A stretch of 64,000 bases of DNA, from the NCBI GenBank assembly GCA_000708835.1, contig DF237289.1, forward strand, positions 1 through 64,000. Reading direction: 5' to 3'. The DNA comes from Klebsormidium nitens (Eukaryota; Plantae; Klebsormidiophyceae). Below are positions 52,840 through 64,000 of this stretch, one piece after another; the stretch's first letter is position 1; each line of letters opens with the position of its first letter. The notes beneath the pieces are model-generated. The model was not told the origin of the DNA. It did no database searches and saw only the letters and a program-made list of their open reading frames with translations. Both the position numbers and the translations under genes were made by a program.

Positions 52840-53243
52840 GTACGATTGCGGTAGCAACGAAGCGACTTGGCTCCCCAGCAGGGGGCAGAAAGCTGTAAAA
52901 GCAGCCCGTATGTATCCAGAATCAGTGGCATTCTGGAAGTGGGGCACCGGATGGCAATCACATCGCCATTGGTTGGAGATTCTTCTAGGCTGCAATGCTG
53001 CTTTCTGCAATGCCGCTCATACCTTGCACCGCTTGCTGCGCAGCATTCCACCCATCTCTTTGACACGAGCATTGACATATGTACGATACGCTCCTCTAGC
53101 CTATGCTCGCCCGACCATTTTCGTTGTAGTCCACTTTTCACAGAGTACTTCGAAAGTCCAAGCTGCAACAAGTAGTTTCAGTAAAACGATGCGGACCCAA
53201 TCCCCTGCGAGCATTTGTGAAGGTTTGGAACACTGTCTGACAG

Positions 53244-56200
53244 ATGGCTGCTAACAGCCGTGGCGCTACGCGTGGCGCCACAGGGGGCTCTTATGGCGGC
53301 CGCCGGGACAATGCTGTGGAGGGGCTGGAGAGTGTGGGCACCGGCTTAAAAGTAAAACGGACGTCGAGTGGGGTTGCAGCGGCCAGTCAAAACCTGGCAG
53401 GTGTGTCGCTGCAGATTTGGAGATTCGCTGCTGGAGAACTTTGATCTGCTATGCTTGTGCTAGCCATGCAAACATAGGCTCAATGTGCAACACGATGTTG
53501 CTGACGTTTTGGGGCTGCATGCTCGCTCGTGATCTATGTGACCTTTGCTAGATGGGGCTTCATCACAGGTTGCTGATCAATGACAAGATGAGATGCACTG
53601 CCATCCAGTTCTGCGAACACACACCAATGCAACTATTTTGCAGAGCTCACCTGCAGCTTGGCCGACAGACTGCTGTTGGCACAATCTACTCTGTCCTTTC
53701 CGCTTAGTGTTTTTGCCACCACATGTACCACCTCAAAGAGGTGAAGTTTTCCATCAAAATCTGCTTTCCACTTCCTTTCCAGTTGCAAGCATTGCAAACC
53801 TCCGTGGCGAGGTCCGATGCGCGTGCGTGAGCGGTTCAGCCGTCTTCACTGGGGACCGTAGCGGCCCCATCCTGCAGTGGGACGCCCGCAGCGGCGCCTG
53901 CCAGAAGCTGCTGGACCGGCCCCTGCAAGCATGTGCGCTGGCAAGCGTCGCGGACGGTAGTGAGCTGTGGGTGGGCTTGGCTGACAGCGACATCCTGGCC
54001 ATTGATGTTGCGGGGAGAGTCGCTAAAGGGCGGTGGCGGGCGCACACCGGGGGGGTGTTCTGCCTGGTGGCGGGGAGGGAGTGCGTGTGGTCGGGAGGGG
54101 CGGACTTCCAGATACGCAAGTGGGACCTGGTGAGAAGTGCGGCGGTGCAGCCCATCTGATGAGGACCAGAAGCTGGCATGTCCACAAGAAAAAGGCATCT
54201 TGTAGAGCTGCTCAATTGCCCAGAATGTTTCACAAATGCATCCACAGCGATTCACTAAAACTTTCGAAGTTGGAGGGCTTTCCATATTAGAAGGCAGCCA
54301 GCCTCTGCATCGCATCATACTTGAGAGTCAAGGGCGAAGGTGCGCCCAATGGAAGCAACAGTGCATGTCAGAGGTGTGCAACAATTGGCAACACTGGCCA
54401 GCCTGACTTATCAGTGTTGCTTTCTGTGCAGGCTGGTCAGCCCCTGGCTGCGTATTCACACCACCACAACTCGGTGCGCTGCCTGCTGCTGGCCCCCCTG
54501 TCTCATGGGCCGGAGCGGGGCGTGCAGGTCTGGAGCGGCTCCAGTGACACCACCGTGGGCGTGCTGTATGACACAGTAAGCCATTCACTTCTGAGGAGAC
54601 TGGTGGTATCATTAAGGCACCCTTCGAGGAATCGATTTACACTGAGTGATTCGAGGACTCACAGCTCAACCCTCTCGCAGAACTTTAGAGTCTGTCAATG
54701 GAGTAGCCACTACAACAGCAATGATATACAGGCGCTTAGAGCTGCAAAGAGTTCCTTGCCAACTTTGACCTAATATGGTCGCACCTCAATAACATGTCAG
54801 GAAGCTGGGTTCTATTACATTGCTTTCTCTGGATTTTTCTCATCTCCGTAATTGACTGGTGAGAGGCCCTCGACCAGGTCTAATCTGACGGACTCCCTTG
54901 TTCTGTGTGTGTGTTTTAGGATGGGATGCAGTCCGCTGGGACCGCTCCGGAGGCTCAGATCTTGACAGGCCACACCAAGGCAGTCATCACAGTGTGCACA
55001 ACAGCCGGGGAGGTGTGGAGCGGTTGCGAAGACGGGGTGATCCGGGTCTGGTGTCGGGAGGTGGGGCCTTTCGCCTTGCCCCACAATCATATCGTCCAAG
55101 ACACTCTTTGTTCAGACGGAAACAGCTAATCGTTGCTTATTTTGAAAGCTTTCTACTCCGGAATTCGTTCGGGTCTAGTTGCCCCAATCCTAGATTCACG
55201 GGTTGGCCTGGCTGGCGACTTCGAGACAGGTAAGGCAACCCGCCTTTCTGAAAGAGCGTCCCCCTTTCGAGACAGTCAGAAACACTGCCTGAGAAACATG
55301 CCGGGCGCGTGCAGGACCTGAGTTTCCGGTCGGAGGTGGCGGCCCAAAAGGGCGCAGTGAGCAGCCTGGTGGCCATGGGCAGCCACGTGTGGAGCGGCAG
55401 CGGGGACCACACCGTCCTGGCGTGGGACGCGCAGGTGAGGGTCTTCTGTCAAGCAAAAGCACAAAAGCAGGTAGTATTCGTGTGCTTGGATTTGAGAGAC
55501 GAAAGTACTGTCTTTTGCTTTTGAAACGAGATACTGAGGACATCAAATGCTCTACTGCAGAGGTGGGAGTACGCATAGTGGGTTCGAGGAACAGGCCTGC
55601 TGGCTCCTCACCCGTGCAACGAAGCGGTCCGGTCGTTGTCAGGATCTCACCACCTTCTTCAGAGGAGTCTGCTCGAAATCAGAAAGCACGTAGACTTTGC
55701 TCCTTTTCTATCGAGTTTCAAAATTGTAAAACTTTCTGCTATGTCTTGCCAGAGCAAGGAGGTCCGCTTCTCGCTGGGCGACCAAGGCGGGTACGTGCGG
55801 CACATGGTGCGCGCCGGGTGGGCGCTCTGGGCGTTTGCAGCGGAAAAGGCGATCAACATCTGGGCTGCTCAGGTCAGTCGTCGACCAGCGCACGCTGGAT
55901 AATGCAGCCAGTGGACTGCTGTTGCAGCCCACTAAAATGCAGGAAAATTCCATGAGTTCCTCGTAAGGTTGGCGCATGGTTTTGGATTGGTCCATGGCGG
56001 CTAAGAAAGGTTTGCTTCCAGATCGACTCCGGTGCTCAAGTGAAGCTAAGAAAAGTCGACCCGCAGCACAAAGTACGCCGTCGCCAGGGCCATGCTCCAC
56101 AACGCGCTCGAGTCCATTGGCAGCTGAGACGTCGAGAAGACGTGAACGAATCTCAAGAGCTCAGAGAGTATGCTACTTCCTCAGAGAGGCCTACCCACAA

Positions 56201-59200
56201 AAGGGGCACGAAACCTGCCCTTCTAAGCGATAATCCTGACTGCGCTTCCGTCGTATCTACAGAGTTTGGTCGAGGGCGCCGAGGCAGAGTGCGGGGCCGC
56301 ACAGGAGGATAAGCGTCTGGCGCTGCAGCAGGTGGACGCGCGGGACGCGCGCATCGCCGACCTCACCGCGCAGCTCGACCGGTGTGCCTTCGACATGCAG
56401 CAGCTCCGACAGGCGTGCGACCAAGCCGCCAGCGCTCGAGACGACGCGCTACAGGAGAGAGACGCGGCCGCGAGAGCGGGCGAAGAAGCGGAGGGGAGAG
56501 CGAGGGACCTGGCTTCAGAAGTTGACGAGCTTCGAAAGGCGCTCCAAGACCGAGACGCGGAAGAGTTTAAGAAAGAGGATGCCGTGCGCCAAGAGAGGGA
56601 AGCGATGGGACAGGGCACAGAACGGGCGAGGGCGGAGAGGGACCGCGCGATGATGGAAGTGGAGCGGCTGCAGCAGGAGGGGGAGGAGCGAGCGCGCAGT
56701 CTGGAGCAGGAAAGGCTGCTCACACAGGTGAGGACCGTAAAGAAAAGAATATCTGTAGGTTTGTACATCCAATCACTCGGAGCACATCGGACTACCATGG
56801 GGCTTAAAATTCCTTGGCAATCTAGTTGGTCAAGCCAAGTACAACAGTAGATTTGCAACCTGGATCTCGGCATGACCTCAATCCGAGTAGATTAGCGGGT
56901 CAACCCTCATCTCAATGCTGTCTCTTGACTCCCACCTTTGACAGGTAAGAGCGGTATAACGAAGGAGCATGGCTGTGCAGGGTCAAAGATGTCTCTCAAC
57001 GAGTCCTGCAACTCGACAAGTTCTCTCTGCAACTGCATCTTACAACGTCCTTTCTGTAGAAGTCTCTGTTCTTTCTTGTGAGCAGCTGCAATTCTCAAAG
57101 TGCCCTTACATCTGCACTAAGGAATTGTTCCAGAAAACCTTGGTGCATGCCCATGATTTGAAGATTCTGTTGCGCCTTCCAGGAGCTGCGGCAGACGCTG
57201 ATGGATACCACCCAGAAAGCTCTCGAGCTGGCGGAAGACCTGGACAAGCAGAGGGCGACCATCAGCCAGCTGCAGGCCGACAGGGCCTCGGCGAACGGCG
57301 AGGCGAGCCAGCGGGAAGCGGACTTGACGGCGCAGCTACAAGCCTTGCACGCGGAAATGGACGCCCTTGCGGCACGGTTTGCGGCAGAAAGGGAACAAAT
57401 GACTTTGAAGATGAGCCATGATCGGGAAGCACTCGTGGCCGAAGTGGATAGGCGGGAAGCGGAGATTCAGGAGCTGGTGCGAGAGCGAGACGGCCTGGTC
57501 CGCGAGCAGGAGGAGGGCGCGCCCCGGGTGCAGGGGCTGGAGGAGGAGCTATGGGGCACGCGCGAGCGCATGCGCGAGGTGTTGGACGAGAGCACGCGCT
57601 TGCAGGCCGACCTGGCGGCAGTGCAGCAGCGCGCCGAGAGCATGGAGCGCGACGCGGCCGCGCGGGAGGCGCGCGCGCAGGCCGAGCTCGCAGACGCGCG
57701 CGCCCGCATCGAGGCCCTCGTGGATGCGCTTAACGGAACGGATCAGGAGCGGCAAGCGGAAGTGCAGGCGAGGTGCGAGGCTCTGGAGGCGGACTGGGCG
57801 GCAAGAATGGAACATTTGAGAGCGGAGTCGAGCAAAGAGGTCGCCGAGCTTCAGATACGCTTGAAGGATTTCCAAAAAGAAAGAGAGCTGGAGGCTCGAA
57901 GAGTGGAGGAGGGGCATGCGGCAGAGATTGACGAGCTAAAGCAAGAGCTTGCAACGGAGATGGCTGCCCTGACGAGTAGCGGCGAGGCAGAGCGGGACCA
58001 GAGCGTGCGGCGCGAGGTGGAGGCTCTGCGGGAAAGGCTGGAGCAAGAGGCGGCGGTGCAGAAAGAGGTGCACCAGCGAGACGTGGAGTTTCTGCAGCAG
58101 AGACTGCTAGAGCTGCAGGGAGAGGCGCAGCGGAGCAAGCAGGAGGCGCAAGAAGCGGGAGAAGGGCTGCGGGAACGGGAAAGGGTCCTCGAGCAACGGC
58201 TGGCCGAAGAGAGAGGGGCGCTGGACAGGGAGTGGCAGACCAAGGGAATGGAATCGAAGGAGAGGGAAGAGGGGCTCCGGCAAGAAAGGGACGAGGAGCG
58301 GGCTAGAAGCGAAGCAGAGAGGACGGAACTGCAGGCGGAGATTGACAGGTGAGCCTTAGGAGCACTGGACTCGCGGGACGGCGGGGATCGTAAAAGACGC
58401 AAGACAAGTACTCACCGACATCAAGTCATAATTCTACTTGAATGAAGCACAGCTCATGGTTAGTAAGGCTAACCATAAGCTCATACTAGCGTGTTCAATC
58501 CCCATTTATTTTGGCTCAGGTTGCGGGGTGTGCTGGACGCGACATATCAAGAAAAGGGCCACAGCCAGGAGTCGTGGCAGAGCGAGAGACAGGGGATCGT
58601 TGATCAGATGACGAAAGCAGTGGAGGAGCTTCGAGCTAGACTGCAGGTGAGGGCTATGCATCACGATCTTGTGCTTAGAGGTGGACGCAGGAAATTGTTT
58701 ACAGAATGCCGTTGAATGACTCATTCTTCCCGTTCGGTGGAGGTCAAAGCCTGGATTTCTTGGCGGCTTCTCCCCGTTTCAAAGATCTCTCTCCCTTCTG
58801 TCTCATTTTAGTCAAAGGTGGCTCGACTACTCCAAACCCTTTCTCGCCAGCTTTGCAATCCAGAAGCAGCCACGACAGTCCTACTTGAATCGCACTGTCT
58901 CTTCCTACTTCACCATGTTGCTGGCGCTCTTATGAAAATGTGCTCGACCTCTCTTTCCCGTTTCCGCAAGCCAGGCTGTATAACCTGCCGAGATCTATTT
59001 GCAGGAGCTGGAGACGCAAAAGGACGCAATGCACGCCGACAGCCAAAGGCTGCTGGCTGACAACGGGAGCCTGCGCGCGCAGATACAGGACCTGGAAGCG
59101 CGGGGCGACCAGGACCGGGAAGAGCTGACGTGGGCAGCGCGCACCCGCAGTCAGATGGAGGAAGAACGAGGCGGCCTGCTGGCGCGACAGGCAGAACTAG

Positions 59201-62094
59201 AGCGGGAAGTCAGCAGAGCCGGCCGTGAAGCGGAGGAGAGGCAGGGGGAGTGCAGCAGGGTTAGCGAGGAACTGAAGCGGGTTAAGGGGGAACTTGAACG
59301 GGTTTCGGAGGAAGCGGAGGGGTCTGGTCGGGAGCGGAACCGGGTGGTAAAGCAACTGGGGCGGGCTCAGGAGGAACTGAACCGAGTCACGGCGGAGTGC
59401 CACGTGGCGGATGGAGAGAGGAGGAAGATGGATGAGGAGCTGAGGTGGGTTAAGGAGGAGCTGGACCGGGTTACTGAGCAGGTTAGGACCCAAATGCAGG
59501 GTCAGGAACAGGCAAGCATGGACGCGGAACAGACAAGGGCGCAACTCGCGGAAGCAGAGCATGAGGCAGAGCGGCTCAGAGCGGCCCTGGCTGACGCGGA
59601 CGAGAAGCTGAGGCAGACGGACGCCACGTGGCAGGAAGAGATTGGCCGGTGGAGAGACGAGAACACCGGTCTGCAGAGTGACGTGCTCGCCGCAAGTCGG
59701 TCGGCGGAGGCGGCAGAAAAGAATCTGGAGGAGAAGCAAGGGTACATAGCCGACTGCGAGGCACGGTTAGCGCAAGCGCAGCAGGAGTTGGAACGGGTTG
59801 GCGGAGAAAACGGACGGTTAAGGGCGGAGCTAGAAGCGGCGTACCAGAACGCTGAAGCTCTGACCCACGAAGCCGAAGGTCACAGAACGGATGCGCAGAA
59901 TGCGCATGGGGACAGGGCGCAATTGGAGGAAAGGCTGTGTCAGCTGGAAGAAGAGAACCGTCGATTACAGCACGAGTTGGACCAGTCCGGCCAGCACATT
60001 CAAGAGCTGTCGACCGGCCTCGAAGCTCAAATAGCGGAGATTGCGGACGTTGCGGATTTGAGGGCCGCTCTTGACGAGAAGTGCGCTCTCGTGCACGATC
60101 TGCAGACGCAGCTAGCGGCGCTCTCGGCTGAGTTGCAGCACGCGAGCGCACTGCTGCAGGAGCAGTCGTTGGCAGAGAAAACCGTTTTTTCAAACCAGCC
60201 AAGACCGGACCAGCAGCAGCCGTACCAGCCCGACGTCAGCAGCGGGCCCCCAAACCCGGCTTCACTGACGTCAGAGGATGCGCCTGAGGCGTTCCGAGAC
60301 GTCCACGTGGACCGGGTGGTTCTTCCTCAGCCAGGAGCGGGACTCGACCCGGGAGCGTCGCAAGAGTGGGCCGCGGCCGCGGCCGCGGAACGGCGCGAGG
60401 CACAGCTGGAGGGGGCGCTGGAACAGGCACGCCACGACTACGAACTGCTGCTCAAAGGTGACCTCAAGCAGCCAAGTGTCTCTTTCGCAGCAGGCCTTTT
60501 GACGTAGAAATAGGGGAGCAAGTCTGCCGGTCAGGGACGTCCTGTCTGGGAGGGCCTCACCGTCTGCCGCTTATGTACTCAGTGCGTGGCTTTCAATGAA
60601 GCGCGAGCTGGAACTGAAAAGATAGCAAGGGCGCATCAGTAACGATAGAGCTCCCCCTGTGAAACTTCCGTTACCACTCTAGTCCGAGGATTGATCACGC
60701 AACGGCAACCTCTGTTGATCCTAAGGTTTTCTTTGAAACCGATCGAGACCGGCAGAGTCTTGACGGACAGGCTGTCCTTGGGCATCATTGTCAACCTTGA
60801 CAGTGACAGCTCTGAGTCAATGGTTAACCACGTTAACGCCGCCCAAGTGTCCCTTGTTCAGAGCTGTCGGACGTGAAGGCGGAGCGCGCCACCCTGATCA
60901 GCAGTCTGCAGCAAATGGCGGGGGAGCTGGGCCAAGGCAGGCGACGGAGCGGCGACCGGGATGAGCTGGCGGCGTCCTTCAACAGGACGGCACTGCAGGT
61001 ATGGCGCCGAATGCTCTGCTGCCCACAAGCAATCTAATGGACCTACTGCAGAAAAAGTCCTGGAAACGAACGGGGGAATAATATGGATCATCTAGCTCAA
61101 GCTCTTGCAAGCGTAGGAACAAAAGCTCCTAGACGAGGGAATATTCCTGTGGCACCACATTTCGCGGGGTCTTCTTGAAAGCCGCCGCCTCTTCTCAAGA
61201 TCTTCGCCCTCATCACCAAGTCCTTTCTTTAACGTCTTAAGATCGTTCCGCCCCACAGGGCTTTCCATTCTTTTTTTGAGTCTGCTACGACTCGCTTGCG
61301 TCAGACATCTTCATGTTGTAACATTCAAATCAAGCCATCTAATAATCTCAGTAGTGGAAAGCAACAGGTTCTGATGTTGCTTACAGGCCGTGGAGAATGA
61401 GAGGGCCGCCATGGCGCAGCAGCTGCTGTCCGCCAACAAGGCGCTCGTGAGCGCTAAGAAAGAGTGCGCGGGACTCAGGATGCTGCTCGCGGACAAGAGC
61501 GAGATGCTGGACCAGGGGGCGCGCGACCTCATGCGCGCACAGAAGCTGGTGAGATTCAATCGGAGCGCGCGCGTTGCTGCTCGATGGCTCATCTGTACGT
61601 ATTCCGTATCGCTGATTGGGCACGCGCAACACTGGCCCTCACAAGTAAAGGTGTAACGGAACCGTCTGCTCCATTCTACTTCTGCTTCAATACCTTTCGC
61701 TTCTCTGCGGATCACGAAATTCTGACAACGAGCAACATCCTGAGGATATGTATGAGGCCAGGTTATCTACCATCGGCGGATGGCACTGATCTAGATCGAA
61801 ACGGACAAGCCCTATGCTACATCGAAGCTGCCGGGAGCTCAGAAAGACAGTAGCATTCTGTTTGACCAACAAATATGCTCAAAAAGACCCCTTACGCGTC
61901 TGCAGATCAAGCAGTATGAGGCCGACCTCGCCGCGCTGCGGAAGGAGGTGGCGTCGCTGTCGAAGGAGCTGCAGGCAGGCCGGCGGCAGTCCGCGTCGGT
62001 GCAGACCGACTTTGAGGGCCTCGCCTTGCAGCGGTCGGTCAGCAAAGAGAAGGAGCGGTACCTGTCGGGGCGGGGGCTGTGGCGGGAACGGTGA
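53244..62094 (+). CDS. Uncharacterised protein: N-terminal WD40 beta-propeller plus ~1200-aa coiled coil, ~1575 aa. Exons 53244-53400, 53783-54129, 54432-54575, 54920-55060, 55315-55434, 55753-55872, 56263-56727, 57183-58348, 58520-58646, 59005-60457, 60862-60998, 61387-61548, 61906-62094
   Basis: Repeated WD motifs (PILQWD, HTGGVFCL..VWSGGADFQIRKWD, HHNSVRCL..VWSGSSD, GHTKAV..VWSGCEDGVIRVW, VWSGSGDHTVLAWD), then E/R/Q/L/A heptad-rich sequence. Spliced length is 4728 nt with no stop. The start codon is uncertain. Confidence 0.85.
59236..59487 (+). repeat. Three diverged 84-bp (28-aa) coding tandem repeats in the coiled coil
   Basis: ELKRVKGELERV / QLGRAQEELNRV / ELRWVKEELDRV recur at exact 28-residue spacing, and the similarity is visible at the DNA level. 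Confidence 0.75.
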
Positions 62095-63025
62095 CGTCTT
62101 GACAAGCCCAGTCAATTTGATCTAGACATTGTTGTTTTAACGCGCCGCAGTTAGATAAATCGTCCCGAAAGCCACCAAGCGGTGCGACTCCGGAACCACG
62201 CGAGATCCCTTTGAAATAGGGCGCGCGAGCTGCGAGCGTCCTAGGATCATACTGTAAGTATACGTCTCGATGGCTACACACGTCATTGCATGATAACCTC
62301 TTTAGAATGATATGTAAGCATCGGTTCCCAAGTTTGCCGGGCACCTCACGATTCCGTTGGAACCATAAAAGGGTACGTCTATTTGTGCAAAACAGGTGAC
62401 ATCGGCGTGCACCGTTAACAAGGGAGATTTCGAGTCGGTCTTCATGAAGCGCACTATACAGAGACACGCCTCAAGCTAGAAGCACATCATGTATAGCAAG
62501 CAGGTAGAGAAGTTTGTAATATTTTACCGACACTACAGATAAAGGTTGGCCTCTGTATACAGCTATCCATAATAGTATGCATGACAACATTTGAGCATGT
62601 CACTCGGGTCGAAGATTTCAGTAAACAACTAGCTGACGACCTGCAAAACCCCCAGTGCAATCGTAATAAAAGGGTCGGCCGGAATCTGTCCGGCCCGGCT
62701 TCAAAAGAAGACTCATGCAATGTGACTCGCATGCATCATAGCAAGAGCGGCCTTGATGCATGGCCGCGCGCTCGACAGCTATAGCTTACAGAACTTACAA
62801 CAATAAGAATTCGGAGGAGATGAGAATATTTTTGTAAGAATCAAAAAGCGCGTCGAGCTAGCAATGTAAAAATTGAGATTGATTCTTCTGTACTTAATCT
62901 ACAGAGCCCAGACCTCGCTCCTATACCTGAAATTTGATAGTATGGTTGTCAATCTGCCAACTCGTGGCAGGCCTGAAACCGCGAGGCGGTACGTGCGGGA
63001 TTTCTAGCAATTTGGCAAACAATCA

Positions 63026-64000
63026 TCATCTATGAGGCTTGGACTTTCCTGTACCTATTGTCTTCAAAGACACGTGTCGCTCGGCGGCCGCTGCTTGCCT
63101 TGCGAGCACTCGTGCTGCGCGCAATTTAGGTCCGACTGCTGTCCGAGGCGGCCGCTCCCCGTAACGGACGCCTTTGGGGACGGGGGTTTGGGAGCGGCGC
63201 GCGCACTGGAAGAACCTGATTGTGGCTGCTGCTTCTGGTAACGTCGAGGGGGGACAGCAGTGTCGGACGTCCTGAAGAGGAAAAGCCAAAAACGTCAGCA
63301 GCAAGTGAGGCAGATAGAAAACATCCTGCCGCTCTGAGTGATCGTTTCTCCATACGAGGATACACACTTCGCAGGGTTGTATACGTAGAGGTAAGCTTTT
63401 GCATCGGGTGCCTGTAGTATATGTCAGGAGGGCCAAACTTCTATACATTGTCTTCCAGTCGAAGCTGAAAAGCCGGAGTCGCTCAGTTCCACCGGAATAC
63501 CAAAGTGCTGCCAGCAAGGTGCTAGCCTGCCTCACCTTCTCCGCGTCTTCGGCTCCTCGAACGGCCTGCTCTGGCCAGGGTTTGTGACCGGCGCGGGGGT
63601 ACAGATGACGAGTGCCCATCTCCAACCCGCGGATCGCCTCGACCTGCTCTTCTGGAGACGCGAGGGGGTCCTCGCGGGCCGGTGTAAAATGGGAAACGAC
63701 TGTGAATACCACAATCGCTTCGTAGCTCGTTCCATTCGCTGCTCGCATGTCGATGACCAGTTTACGGGCCGTTCCTGCATGTGCTACGAAGTGACGGGTG
63801 TTCAAGAGACGAGCGTTCCATCTGAAACGCATATCCTACCAGCGCGCTGCTGCTTTAGCTGAGCTGTTTGCGCGCGCAGTATTCAAAAAAATTCAGTCAG
63901 AGGCAGCAGTCCGTACCTCGGGAGGGCGGTGTCCCTCCCTCGAGGTCTCGTCCCGGCCCTGGTCGCTGCGCGGCCACTCGCTCGCCTTGAGGGAGACATC
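63026..64000 (-). CDS. Possible 3' part of a spliced hypothetical gene entering from the right edge. Candidate exons >64000-63917, 63699-63536, 63271-63026
   Basis: Donors GAG|GTACGG and AAG|GTGAGG, acceptors TTCACAG| and CTCTTCAG|. Phases are compatible with the 268-aa ORF frame. No recognisable domain. Confidence 0.35.

Overview
This is intron-rich eukaryotic nuclear DNA of green-plant type, most consistent with a flagellate-stage green alga, possibly an early-diverging streptophyte (inference from gene content only). I rebuilt spliced gene models by hand from splice signals and reading-frame continuity. Intact or near-intact genes, left to right: gamma-glutamyl hydrolase (+); LL-diaminopimelate aminotransferase (-); a complete 37-exon, ~4530-aa axonemal outer-arm beta-type dynein heavy chain (+, 8.1-31.6 kb); PDX2 (+); a small putative plastid-targeted membrane protein (-); an SDR (-); a phytol/farnesol kinase-family gene with a damaged first exon (-); a ~1575-aa WD40 plus long coiled-coil protein (+); and a possible partial gene at the right edge (-). 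The 38-53 kb interval holds several gene relics that retain introns: a decayed copy of exons 5-6 of the WD40 gene 16 kb away, a TMEM19/PGR (DUF92) pseudogene, and a possible orphan exon. Other notable features are three GC-AG introns, a ~74-aa Ser-rich insertion in the dynein tail, strong gene-to-gene contrast in GC3/CpG, and short intronic duplications. I found no convincing rRNA, tRNA, CRISPR array or intact transposon. Homology calls come from motif recall, not database searches.
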